Shown here one piece after another: positions 29,940 through 42,672 of a stretch of 64,000 nucleotides of DNA; the stretch's first letter is position 1, and each line of letters starts with the position of its first letter. The translations under genes were made by a program, and so were the position numbers. The notes beneath the pieces were generated by a model. It saw nothing but the letters and a program-made list of their open reading frames with translations, ran no database searches and was not told the origin of the DNA. The stretch is taken from contig CBDBMG010000002.1 in the NCBI GenBank assembly GCA_965207375.1, forward strand, positions 96,001 to 160,000, in the 5' to 3' direction. The stretch is from Nitrosopumilaceae archaeon (GTDB lineage Archaea > Thermoproteota > Nitrososphaeria > Nitrososphaerales > Nitrosopumilaceae).

Positions 29940-30704
29940 AATTTTCATAAATGATTCGCATGTACAACAGTACAGTAAAATAAGAACTATGACATGTACA
30001 ATTACATAAGAAATAGTTCATTGGTGAATGGGTATTGTTCTCAATACTTGTGAGGTCCCAATCAGCACAGCTTTCTGTAAGTGGCCAAACAGTTTCAGTG
30101 TGAACCCTGGGATTTTCTTTAAAAACTGTAAGCAATGAGAGGAAACCACGCCCGTACATCCCAGAACAACTGGGATAATGGTAACCGGCATATTATACAT
30201 TTGATGGAAATCTGCTGCCAGGGAGCAATACTTATTAATCTTTTCATCCTCTTTAGTTGAAACATTAATATCTGCTGGGCAAGAAATCTCAATAAAGAAT
30301 ATCTCTTGCTGGTGAAAATCATAAAGCACAATGTCAGGACGATTACTTGGATGGTTATGAGTTGTAATCAATCTGAAATCCCATAAAATCTTGGCAATGG
30401 AAGATTCAATCACTGGCGGAGGCTTATGACTATACCATGATCTGCTGCACGACTGAAAAGAGTAAAACCTCATCAAGTGCCAATGAATCACAGCAGCAAC
30501 CAAATTGTGGCGGTGCAGATATGCTGTAGTGGCAAGTATGGGGCAGGCTGCCAAAAGGTGCACTATTGTCTCCTCAGATGTACCACATATTCTACACATA
30601 AATGAGGGAATAGATTTGTGCATCACCTTGGCCTCAATTACTCTAGTTGCAAGGACTTGATCCTGCACGGCCAATACAATAGATTCTGTTCAGTAGATTC
30701 TGTT
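29940..30704 (-). mobile_element. 5'-truncated R4/Dong-like retrotransposon, copy C
   Basis: CCHC knuckle CRIC...ETIVHLLAAC plus RLE motifs; (TAG)n on both sides. Confidence 0.9.
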
Positions 30705-30724
30705 CTACTACTACTACTACTACT

Positions 30725-32717
30725 TTTCATCATAAGATTCACATGTACAATCAGGCATGTACAGTAATAAAGAGCAATATCATGTAAACAATACATAAGA
30801 TAAAGCTCAACCAGTTAAATTAAGAGTTCGTAAGGTGTGAACACTCCCTATCAGTGCTGCCTTCTGAAGCATGGTAAAAAGTCTATCAGAGAATCCTGGG
30901 AGCTTACGTAAATGAGTGATACAATCAGCAGATACAACACCTGTGCATCCCAACACCACTGGCACAAACTGGACAGGCATCTCATACATCAAACGGAAGT
31001 CCAGAGCCAGTGGGCAATACTTACGGAGCTTCTCTCGTTCTTTAGATGGTACATTAATATCAGCTGGGCATGACACTTCAATAAACTGTATTAATTGTTT
31101 GGAGTAATCAAAAACAACAATATCAGGACGGTTACTTAAATGATGGTGGTCAGATTGTAAACTGAAGTCCCATAGAATCTTCACTTGAGAAGTTTCAACC
31201 ACGGGTAGAGGCTTGTGTGTGAACCATGATTTAGAGTTTGGAGGAATAGAGTATTCTTTTAACAGATGCCAGTGAAGAGCACCAGCAACAAGATTATGGC
31301 GGTACAAATATGTGGAAGCAGCAAGCATTGGACAGGCAGCCAATAAATGAACAATGGTTTCCTCGGATTGGCCACATACCCTACATAACACTGATGGCAC
31401 AGACTTATGCATGATCTTAGCCTCAATCACTCTGGTGGCAATGACCTGATCCTGAATCGCAAAAACAGTAGATTCCGTTTCAGAATGAATGTGAGATTTC
31501 AGCCAACAAAGGCTCCTGGATTTATCAATTAAACAATCATTTAAAAGGGAATAAAAGCGACCATGCAGAGGCTTGGAAGTAAGAGATGACAACAGTTGGT
31601 CGCGCTGCTTCCTACAAATTGCACCCTTAAGAGAGGCAAAATCACAACTTTGCAAATCAGCTTCAATTGACAATGCAGCACAATAATCATTGGCCCTAGT
31701 AAACACAGAAGACCGAGCTGGCACGAGACTATCCAACTCATAACACAGTCGAACCAGGGAATCAGAAGAGGTGGCAATATGATGGGCCATAGCAACCAAC
31801 CGCCTATAAAATAGGTTCTCAACATTAATCAAGCCAATACCCCCAGCAGATCGAGGCAAATATAGACGTTCCACAGCACTACGCGGATGGTGGTTGCAGG
31901 TTGCTGTAAGGGTCTTCCTGGTACTCACATCAAATTGCTCTATTTCTTTCTTTGTCCAGGGGACAATTCCACACCCATATGATAAGAGTGGAACACAAAA
32001 TGAATTGGTTGCCCTGGTCTTACGGGGCCCACTGAGAAGTGAATTCCACACTAAACGTAATCGACGATGGTAGGAGTCCACAATAAGCTTTTTGCTCTTC
32101 ACACAAACCAGTCCCTCTGCTTCAAAAAAGCCTAAGTACTTGTATGTCTCGCCAACATTCAACCGACGTATGCTAGAGCCATCAGGGAGGGGTATGTCAT
32201 CAGAAGATACAACTTTACCTCTTGACACTAAACACCTTGCACACTTGTCAAGCCCAAAACTAAGGCGAACATCACACGAAAACATGTGAACAGTACGGAG
32301 CAAGGTATTCAGCTGTGTATCAGACTTAGCAAAAAGCTTCAAGTCATCCATGTAAAGCATATGATTAATTTGCCTATCTGATGTTGCCTGGTAACCACTC
32401 ATTGGATGTAACAACATACTCAGTGGGTTGAGTGCCAGGCAAAACAACAAAGGGCTGAGTGTGTCAACTTGGAAAATTCCACATCTGATAGAAACATCAG
32501 CCAATTTGACTGGATCACATTTTGGCATCCCAAGATACAAGGTGGTACTCCACAATCCAAGTAAACACTCAACACACTGTACAACAGTAGGATGAGTGGA
32601 CAATTTTTGAGTTACGAAGTATCATAACTCAAAAGATAACTAGAAAACTGTAAGCAAAACACGAAAGGGAGACTGACCAGCAGCGAAGTCAGCACCTCAC
32701 GCCACGATCACGTGATC
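30725..32717 (-). mobile_element. R4/Dong-like retrotransposon, copy D: partial RT + CCHC + RLE (ORF 30807-32603)
   Basis: GIFQ(V)DTLSPLLF, HMLYMDDLKLFA, YKYLG, RLYLPRSAGGIGL, CRVC..H...C, RPDIV, EVSCP; (TAG)n at 30705-30724 and 32718-32798. Confidence 0.92.
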
Positions 32718-32798
<81 letters not shown>

Positions 32799-33086
32799 AT
32801 GTAATGATGCTAGTAATGTGACTACTATAGCTACTAACTAGCATATAGCCAATTATGCTATTTAGTACTCATGCATCACATGTGAGTTTATTATATAGTG
32901 TCTGTATTTATAAATACCATGAATTCATATTTCATGAGTTTTATATGAAGAAGCGACCGAACGTTGTGACTCAATATATAAGTGGGCGTGTCTTTCATGC
33001 AGCATAGCTGTGAAAGAAGATAGCATGCAGGAGCAGGAAGGCAACAGATATAGACAACTACAGTTCATCTGCAGTGCTAGCATTAT

Positions 33087-33508
33087 TAGTGCTGAGCGAT
33101 AATAAAAATTTTACTATCACGATAGTTGCAGAGCAACTATTCCGATAGTGAAAACTATCCCGATAGTTAATGAAGGGGTACATTTTACTTGCCATTTGTA
33201 CCAAAGTATTATAATAGTGCCATCAATATAGTAATGTATATGTTATTATTACACCAAAAAGCCTTGAAAGTAAACTAGTCAGCTTACACGAGGAGATGGA
33301 ACTTGTTTGAACATCTTCAAGTGTAAGCATCTTTAAGTATAAACATCTGTATAAAGTTTAACTTTACTGTTTGGATATGTTACCATCCATAAAACCACCA
33401 AAAATTTAATTAAAAACTATCACGATAGTTATTTAGTAAAATATCCCAATGTCAATAGTAATTTACTATCGCGATATATCGCACTATCGATACTATCGCT
33501 CAGCCCTA
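33087..33508. mobile_element. hAT MITE with 8-bp TSD
   Basis: TIR TAGTGCTGAGCGATA / TATCGCTCAGCCCTA; AGCATTAT duplicated. Confidence 0.85.
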
Positions 33509-34095
33509 AGCATTATAGCTACATAGTACATAGCTCAATTGGCTAATCAACAGATCAACCTATTATATGCTGTTACAAGTTGGTACAACCTACATACTAC
33601 AAGATGTTAAATAAACTTAGCATAAACAGACAAAGTGTTACAAATTAATTTACAAGGTGTTATAAGTAAACGTTGCTACGTAGCTTGCTACACAGGGAAC
33701 TATGTATACATACACAGAGTTTTACTAGATAAACTAAAGTAGCTAGCTACGTATAGAGAAGCTATAGGTAGGCACGTAACTAAGACAGCTAGCTATATAG
33801 GTAGCTACAGGCATAAACAACAGGGTCATCAAATAATGGAATTTCTTGTAGTACTGATAACTGTTTTGATAAATTCTTCCCTAATCTTCTCTGCTTAGCT
33901 GTAATTGCAACCCTTCCACGCTGCATGTGTATTCTCGGTTCCTTCTCGACCTCTGCTCCTGCTCTTCTAGTGACTCTCTATCTCTTCTGGTGGTATACCG
34001 ATTTTAGTAGTTAATAACGGTCTCATTATCATACCAGTATTGTTTTTCTTGACACCAAAATACCAATTCAAAAGTTTAAAGAGTGCGCATGTATC

Positions 34096-35290
34096 AACAA
34101 AAGTGGCGGATAGCCGGGAAGAGGAGGATGCAGTGAACGATGATGTGGTTAAAAGAAAAAGAAATACAAAGTCTTGTACTTAGGAACATTTCAGTCCTAA
34201 AACTACTGAAGATGGAAAGCCAGTTGAAGATGGTAGTGCTGCTTGCCATTACTGCAAGCAAACTGTAATAGTGCGCAATGATAGTTTTCACACCTTTGTA
34301 CGCAGCACCCAGAGAAGTATGTAGTTGCAGTGAAAGCAAAGAAGAAAGCTGAACATTTAAGGAGAACAGACAAGTTTTCCAAAGTCTCTTCAAGTAGTAG
34401 TACCCAGAGTTCAATCAATGAATCATTCCCTCAAATGAAAAAGTATGATAAAAGAGCAAACAGTGGCAGAAGCTTAGTATTTAGCAAAGGATATGATACC
34501 ATTATACAGTATTAAAAAACCTGAATTTAAAGAGTTGGTTAGCATTTTTGATAAACCATACGAACTTCCTTCCAGGAAGTAGCTATTACTCTCAGGTTGC
34601 TATTCCATCATTATACACCAACACCAGGGATAAAGTAGCCGAATAAATCAGCCATTTGGGATATTAATCAGCAACTACAGATTTGTGGTCAAGTGAAGGA
34701 ATGAAGTCTTATTTGTCATACACCATTCACTACATTGACAATTGGGAAATGAAATCAAGGTGTCTCCAAACAATGTTTATGCCTCAAGATCACACAGGAG
34801 AAAACTTAGCTGATGCTATGAGAAGCACACTAGAAACATGGGGATTAGAGGAAGGAAAGCAAATATGCTTAACAACTGATAGTGGACATGGTGAATGCTG
34901 TGTCAAGGCTGAGATTGTCTTGCTTGGCCACAACCTTCACCTTGCTATAACCAACTTTAGAGTGTGATGACAGATGCTCACGAGCTCTAGGACTTTCAAG
35001 GAAGATAGTGAGTGCTTTCGCGATGTCATGGAAGAAGAGACGTGACCTTGCAAAGGCACAATTAGATCATGACTTGCATGCTCTCTCACACATTGATTGC
35101 AGATTGTCCAACTAGGTGGTGGTCAGCTCACAAAATGGTGGCTAACATTCTTGAGCAGATTACAGCTATTCACCTGGTATTAAGTGCTGACCACAAACAT
35201 TCTCATTTGTTACCAACTTGGTAGGACACTGAAGTTCTTGAAGTCATCAATGATGTGTTGTATCCATTGGCAGATTTGACTGATCTTTGT
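34096..35290 (+). pseudogene. Degenerate hAT (ZBED1-like) transposase
   Basis: BED-finger remnant CHYCKQ, PSRK, TTDLWSS, DHTGENLA, TTDSG, C.GHNLHLAI, DCPTRW; many stops and frameshifts. Confidence 0.85.
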
Positions 35291-35639
35291 CACTTAACAC
35301 GTAATCTACACCATTAATTCTGCAGTGGCACGAACCATTACATGCATTTCTATGGAAACACAGTAATTGATGCCAACTGCATACGGAGAATAACACTGGA
35401 AGCACGTGTAAGGTATCCGCTTTACATCGTAGTTTATAGTATAACTACGTATGTAGGTGTCCATTACACAGCCAACTCACTAGTTTGGAGCTCGCCCCAA
35501 TGAACTCGTATTTCAAAACTCAATCATCTAAACCTACGTATGTATAGCTAGCAATCTACGTACGTACTAGTATCATTTGCAGCCAACCAAACGTAACTAT
35601 GTACTTATATTTTGTAGTGGGCTAGCATTAGCCTCGATG

Positions 35640-36130
35640 GGGTACCACCTATGCACTTCTAGAATGCATTTGTAACTATCGCGATTACCAAAGTATCACG
35701 TCCTACGACAGCTTAGGCTTCCACAAAGCAATGATGGGATCATGGCTAAGCGGGATCACCAACTCGCCAATCCAAAGACAAGGAAGCATATAGTCACAGC
35801 AAGGAGCACTGTGTGTGCTCGAGGTACACTAGAGTAAAACATGTGCACTCGTTACCTTAACTTGTATAGCTGAACTCTATCATAGCTATGTAGTATTCAC
35901 ATTATCATCCTTAATCCTTTTACTAAAATATGGAAAACTTTAATGGCTTCATAATGATGTATGCCTCATAACTGTTTATAGTAAGCTCTACTGTTACCGT
36001 ATATTAAAACCCACAATCACTTTGTACATGTTGCAGTATATATAAGAGATGAAATTAAAGTTCAACAAAGGAATCGTAACTCTATTTAGAGTACGTACTT
36101 TTTGCTCTATCCAGAGAGGCTTAATATATT
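35640..36130 (+). repeat. Multi-copy local repeat (also ~38000-38870, ~41230-41830, partial 36690-36860, inverted ~20150-20360)
   Basis: Shared blocks GCTTCCACAAAG..ATGATGG, CCCACAATCACTTTGTACATG, CTCTATCCAGAGAGGCTT. Confidence 0.65.
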
Positions 36131-36335
36131 AGGGTTGAAATCAGGTCATATGAAACTGAAGTGAAGAAATGTCATCAAGTTAATGTGTTACATTTCATCA
36201 AGTCTTACCATCTAAAAACCATGTGAACTCTAGATCTGTATGGCTATCTTCTGTGTAACTAATATTAACTGTACTGGTTACCCTCCCATATTTTCATGAA
36301 GAGAAAGAAAACCATACTAACTCTTATTTAAATTA

Positions 36336-36563
36336 CCGTATAGCGTAAATTATTGATGACGGAAAATTTTGACGAATTTGACGAATTGTAAGTGATTCGT
36401 CAAAATTTCATTCATCAATGTTCTCACGTGCCTCAGAAAATGGCGTTACTTTAGAATTAGAATTTTTACAAACGCCATGCATTCATCAATTTTTTACCCG
36501 TCAATTACATCTTGAAAAGCGATTCGTCAAAATTTTCCACCGCCAATAATTTACGCTATACGG
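36336..36563. mobile_element. Tc2/pogo-like MITE (CCGTA ends, TA TSD)
   Basis: TA|CCGTATAGCGTAAATTATTG / CAATAATTTACGCTATACGG|TA. Confidence 0.8.
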
Positions 36564-36863
36564 TACGTATGTAATGGATTTTGTAATGGTGCATATTAAT
36601 TAGAGATATTGTATAAAAGCACATGATTGTACAATTTTATTCAGTCTATGATAAATAAAGACTTGAAGAGTGTAGCGACCTTCTCTCTCTGTGACACATA
36701 CATAGCTATCTCCCCAGCACTTGCTCCTACGTACCGGTACTACTATAGTGAGTGTTTCCCACACTCCAAAGGTTTCAAAATGATACGTATTATAACTTGT
36801 AGCTTTAATAATGAGCTCTACTGTTATAGTAATGATAATAATTAAAACCCACAATCACTTAAA

Positions 36864-37810
36864 ATCCACAGTGTGCTATATATTATCCACAGTGTGCTAT
36901 ATTATCCACAGTGTGCTATATTATCCACAGTGTGCTATATTATCCACAGTGTGCTATATTATCCACAGTGTGCTATATTATCCACAGTGTGCTATATTAT
37001 CCACACTATATTATCCACAGTGTGCTATATTATCCACACTATATTATCCACAGTGTGCTATATGTGACCGGGCCTGCGAAAATCAACCATCTGGTTGCAT
37101 AAAAATTGCCTCATTTTTTCAACTTTGCGCTTTCATAACTCATGATCCTTTTAAAACAACAACACAGATTTTTTACCACACATGCAGCATTTAATGGAGA
37201 ATCTTTTAAAACTTACAGAATGCTGATATTTGATTCAGAACTAGAGATATTCATTGTTATGTAACCAGGTGTAATTTGCGCTCACATGGTTGATTTTCGC
37301 AGGCCCGGTCACATATTATCCACAGTGTGCTATATTATCCACAGTGTGCTATATTATCCACAGTGTGCTATATTATCCACAGTGTGCTATATTATCCACA
37401 GTGTGCTATATTATCCACAGTGTGCTATATTATCCGCAGTGTGCTATATTATCCACAGTGTGCTATATTATCCACAGTGTGCTATATTATCCACAGTGTG
37501 CTATATTATCCACAGTGTGCTATATTATCCGCAGTGTGCTATATTATCCACAGTGTGCTATATTATCCACAGTGTGCTATATTATCCACAGTGTGCTATA
37601 TTATCCGCAGTGTGCTATATTATCCACAGTGTGCTATATTATCCACAGTGTGCTATATTATCCACAGTGTGCTATATTATCCACAGTGTGCTATATTATC
37701 CACAGTGTGCTATATTATCCACAGTGTGCTATATTATCCGCAGTGTGCTATATTATCCACAGTGTGCTATATTATCCGCAGTGTGCTATATCATCCGCAC
37801 TATATTATCC
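36864..37810. repeat. 19-bp minisatellite AGTGTGCTATATTATCCAC
   Basis: About 35 tandem units; gives 19-aa periodic spurious ORFs in all three + frames. Confidence 0.95.
37064..37312. mobile_element. GTGAC-ended MITE inserted in the minisatellite (ATAT TSD, possibly Sola1-like)
   Basis: TIR GTGACCGGGCCTGCGAAAATCAACCAT, perfect at both ends. Confidence 0.8.
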
Positions 37811-39829
37811 CCTTGATCATAATACAGTACTGTTCTATAATTTCCCTTTCATCATAACAATTGTGCCACAACCCACAGACAGCATTCTTGTCAGGAGGTA
37901 ATTGTTTGTTAACACCTACCCATGTTAACACTTACACAAATATGTGCATGGACCTGTAATGTTGTTCTCCCAAGATTTGACAGGTGCCTCCTACTTTTTA
38001 GTGCGTATTCAAAACTATCACAATCGCCAAAGTATCATAATCCGCGAAGGAGAATTAATAATTTAGGCTTCCACAAAGTGATGATGGATGGCTAAGCGGG
38101 ACCACCTACTCACCAATCCAAAGACAAGAAAGAACAAACTTGCAGCAAGGAGCGCCGTGTGTGCTTGTGAATCACTCACAAGGCAAGTCAGAGGTCACAT
38201 GAATAAAACATGTGCACTTGTTACCTAGCAGCTGTAGCTATGTACGTAGTATTTACATTATCATCCTAGCCTAGTTGTTAGGCTTCAACCACTAACGATA
38301 ATTTAGATAAATCGATTATCGAGATAATAAGTTCATTATCGTGATAAAGATAATAATTTTATTATCGTGATAATAGTAAATTTCCGGATACTATTGTATA
38401 CTACATGAAACATACAAATACGTTAGTACACAGAGCAATTTTGGAATCAAAATATATGCATAATACCCTATCATAATTTATCGTGATAACTATAGTTTAT
38501 TGAGATAATTTTGTAGTGCATTATCGGCATTATCGAGATATAGGTTTTTCCATTATCGCACAGCCCTAATGGTTAAAAATTTTAACTTGCCATATCTCCC
38601 CAGCGCTAGTTCCTATATACATACTATAGTGAAGTGTTTCCCACACTCCAAGGGCTTCATAATGATATTACAACCCATAGCTTTTATAGTGAGCTCTACT
38701 GTTATAGTTAATGATGAAAAATTATAATCCACAATCACTTTGTACATGATGCAGTATATAAGAGATGAAATTAAAGTTCAATAAACAGGATTTGTAACTT
38801 CATCAATACATGTCTAATGAAATTTTTGGAAAGTCCCTCTATCCAGAGAGGCTTGTTATAAACAAGCAGATGTACCATCATTAAGTATGGTAGTACTTAA
38901 TAGTAGGGATTGGTAAGAAATTGTACGGCTTCGGGAAATTTCGTGCTTTAAAAATCAACCTTGCAATAGGCTTTACCCGAAAAAACCAGCTGGAATGCAT
39001 TGGTAAGGCTGGAATGATGCTGTACCTTGGTTAAACGAAACGACAAGTCGAATATTTTGACCTACAGCCAACTTTGAAAATTTCAAAATTCAACTGTATT
39101 TCGTCTGCCAGCCTGCCTGCCGTAAGACCAGGTTGCGCTAGGTGTAGGGCTCCAGAAATTTCACACAATAAAGGTAATGGCGGCGGATTAACGAAAATGT
39201 TATTCCGAAGACGATTTACCCACTGCGCCATGGCGATTCCCTTTATCCTTCATTCCTTTCCTTGTTCTTTATGTATTCCTTAGCAAGGTGTGAATGTCAC
39301 CGAAGGTGACGATAGCCTGTAACGGCTTCTGCTTATTGCGTCACACAAAAACCCGGCTTGCACGTGATATCGAGTGTACTTGCGTGTACTTTATTACTTA
39401 ATCGCATAGCTTGTATATATTTTGCCGTTAGTAGCCGTGCAATTATTCTCTAATTGCACAGCAATATTCAGTAATTGCACAGTAATATTCAGTAATTGCA
39501 TGGTAAAATAGCCAACCAAAATTCACTATGCTGGAAGCCGTTTAAGTGCAACAAGCAATGATGCAATAAACAGCGAATGAAATTGCATAGCACTGGGGAT
39601 TCATAGTAACCGACTTGCATGGCAACAAAGTAATGATTACAGGCGCAATGAATACTCCATAGTTTGTAGAAGAATTTCTCAATGTTAACGTCTTAGGAGT
39701 CAATTCTGAACGCGGAACTGCTAAAACAAGCGATACGGAAGGAATAAGATTTGCGACCGTGCCTCAGATTGGAATGAGCGGCGTGCCTCAGGTTAGAGTG
39801 GGCGTCGTAGGCCGTGCAATGCGATTAAT

Positions 39830-39972
39830 AGGCAATCACACGCATTTTCGTGCAATTCAAGAATAATTGTACACGTAACAGTCAAATTGCACTCGGCTTC
39901 GCCTCGTGCAATTACTTGACTGTTACTGGTAAAATTATTCTCGAATTGCACTCAAATGTGTGTGATTACCTA
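39830..39972. repeat. Long hairpin centred on CACTCGGCTTCGCCTCGTG, end of an element starting near 39430
   Basis: AGGCAATCACAC...GTGTGATTACCT arms; TAG(G)CCGTGCAAT repeated at ~39432 and ~39808. Confidence 0.6.
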
Positions 39973-40189
39973 TTCTTATTACATCGTGAACTTCGAGATT
40001 ATAGCCTTGGACAAATAGCTTTTGCTGTTTTTCGAGCGTTATTTGCTATCACACAGCTGCTTTGCCATGTCAGCGCATTGTTAACAAGCGCCTGTAAACA
40101 AGCATAATTATTACGTAAGCGCTAGTAAAATTTTGTGCGCCTGCTGAAAGATTAATATGAATGCTTAGCATGTATAAAAAGTAAACAAA

Positions 40190-40515
40190 CTAGAATGATA
40201 AAAAATTAAAAAATTAAAAGGTAAGTAGGGATTGAATTTTGGATTCAATAGTGCTACAAAAAGTAAGGAAACAAGGAATAAGATTTTGGGACGAGAGAAC
40301 ATTCTGGCATGAGATAATTTATAAAAGTTTATCCCTACTTTTGGTTCACTTCAGGTTTGCCAAAAGTAGGGATTAAACTTTTATAAATTATCTCATGCCA
40401 GAATGTTCTCTCGTCCCAAAATCTTATTCCTTGTTTCCCTACTTTTTGTAGCACTATTGAATCCAAAATTCAATCCCTACTTACCTTTTAAATTTTTAAT
40501 TTTTTATCATTCTAG
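40190..40515. repeat. Foldback element, about 155-bp arms, CTAG ends
   Basis: Near-perfect palindrome seen directly. Confidence 0.9.
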
Positions 40516-40517
40516 TA

Positions 40518-41028
40518 CCGTATATTGCAAATTGTTCGAGGTGGAAAAGTTTCGCGGTTGCAGAACTCAACTGTAATTCGCTGGAAAACATTCGCGGTTG
40601 GCCCTTCTCGAGCGACTAATTTATCGCAATTTTGATTGCTCCAACTTGAAAGGAAGGTTTTGCCGAGCGATGGAGTTGAAATAACCAATCAACAACAATA
40701 TTATTCATCTTCTGTCTCACATGTGACCTCACGTGTATATCAGCATGACCACAAGCTCGACCACGAGTGCGGTTGATGAATTTGAACGAGTAGTTGCGTC
40801 CGAGGATATGTATACCAAGACACATGGACACCAGTTATTAGTGAATTAACAACTTGTGTGTAGAAGAGAAGACAGCAATCCTTTCTTGTACGATTTAAAA
40901 TATTTGTACAACGCCATTTTACAACTTATTATCAAAAGGAAATTATTTCACTGGAAAAGTTTCGCGGTTACCAACTATTCCGCGAAAACCGCGAAACTTT
41001 TCCACCTCGAACAATTTGCAATATACGG
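40518..41028. mobile_element. Tc2/pogo-like MITE
   Basis: TA|CCGTATATTGCAAATTGTTCGAGGTGGAAAAGTTTCGCGGTT TIR at both ends. Confidence 0.85.
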
Positions 41029-41456
41029 TATTATATGACTTGGTTAAATGCCATAGCAACTATTAGTCGTCTTTGCAAAATGACAGTATTCACTAGTCAA
41101 GTGCAGCTACTATCTGAGGGCGGCATTCATTGTAATGTAACAATCGAAAACCAGGCAGTTTTATGGTACAAACAATTCTATTCTCTGTACTGATTCAAAT
41201 AGAAGCCGCGGTGTTTATTCAAGGGAAGTCACAAGGTAATTCAGAGGTACACATGAGTAAAGTTTATGCACTCGTTACCTTACAGCTGAGCTCTACTAGT
41301 ATTCACATTATCATCCTAGCCTATTTGATAGGCTTCAACCACTAATTTGTATGGTAATCCTTATGGAAACCTTTTAACCTCTCATATCTCTCCAGCACTT
41401 CCTCCTACATACTATAATGAAGTGTTTCCATTCACTCCAAGGGCTTCATAATGATA

Positions 41457-41673
41457 CCGTACTCGTACAAATTTTCGAGGGACGTATATTTCGCGGATGC
41501 CACAAATTCAGCATTTTCGCGATTTTATTTTCGAGGACCACCGGATTTTGTATTGGTAGATTATGTGCGCACTATTATAAAATATAAATTTTCGAGGACT
41601 TAATTTTCGTGAACCACACGTTATCCGCGAAAACAGCGAAATTTACGTCCCTCGAAAATTTGTACGAGTACGG
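41457..41673. mobile_element. Tc2/pogo-like MITE
   Basis: TA|CCGTACTCGTACAAATTTTCGAGGGACGTA TIR; absent from paralogous copies of the surrounding repeat. Confidence 0.85.
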
Positions 41674-41842
41674 TATTACAATCCATAGCTTTTATAGTGA
41701 TAAAAATTAAAACCCACAATCACTTTGTACATGATGCAGTTTATAAAAGATAAAATTAACATTCAGCAAATGATTATTGTGATCGTAAAATTTTTGGAAA
41801 GTCCCTCTATCCAGAGAGGCTTATTATAAACAAGCAGATGTA

Positions 41843-42278
41843 CTGTATGGACTTGGTTAAATGCAATGGCGACCATTAGTCATCTTTGCAAAGTGATAGT
41901 GGCCACTAGTCAAGGGCAGTTACTATTCAAGGGCGGCGTTCATTGCAATGTAACAATCAAAAACCAGGCAGTTTACGGTAAATACAATTCTATTCATTAT
42001 ATATAACTCTAAACTACTCGGTACCTTCATAACAGATGTAATATTTTTAGTAAATCGAGCTCCCTCGCAATCTACGTAATTGTCTGCATATGCGCATTGT
42101 AAGTGAACTGTCTTTAAAATGATTATTAAAATAGCGACTATTTTTCCTGAACTGATTCAAATTGAAGCTGCGGTGTTTATTCAAGGGGGGCATTTCTTAT
42201 CTAGTACTTCAATAATCAGCAGCAACTATTCGAGGGCGGCAACCATTAAAGGTGCAGAGTTTAACCAAGTAAATATGG
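41843..42278. mobile_element. TA-flanked MITE (partial copies ~41035-41225 and ~53540-53660)
   Basis: CTGTATGGACTTGGTTAAA / TTTAACCAAGTAAATATGG. Confidence 0.6.
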
Positions 42279-42672
42279 TACCTGTGGGTGTAGGCCTAGT
42301 TAGTCTCTTATGCTTAGCTGTCTCCTACGTATATATCTACCTAGTCTTGTATGCCTATGTATTTCATTATTTATGGTACACTATAGAGGTGTAATGATAC
42401 ACAATTTGGGTGTATCGATATATTGCCGCTTTTGTATCACGATACAGCGATATATTGTACAATACAGTTGAATGTGAATTAGCTGATTTTTAGAACTTGT
42501 AGTGGAACACTCATGAATAACATTATACACCACACTTACTCTCTTGCATCATGCATTATATATTATTTAGTTAACTATACACAATAACTGTAACAGATGT
42601 TTCATTGTTCTGTATGCTCTTGTATTATTGAATCCCTCAACAATGGTGACCCTGACAAACTAACTGACCGTT

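Noticed and set aside
33880-33995. Minus-strand RRDRESLEEQEQRSRRNREY resembling Helitron N-terminal repeats
   Set aside because: Too short, and no Rep or helicase sequence nearby
36864-37810. About 30 perfect bacterial DnaA boxes (TTATCCACA), suggesting oriC or iterons
   Set aside because: They are part of a 19-bp minisatellite unit in a eukaryotic TE context; no bacterial genes nearby
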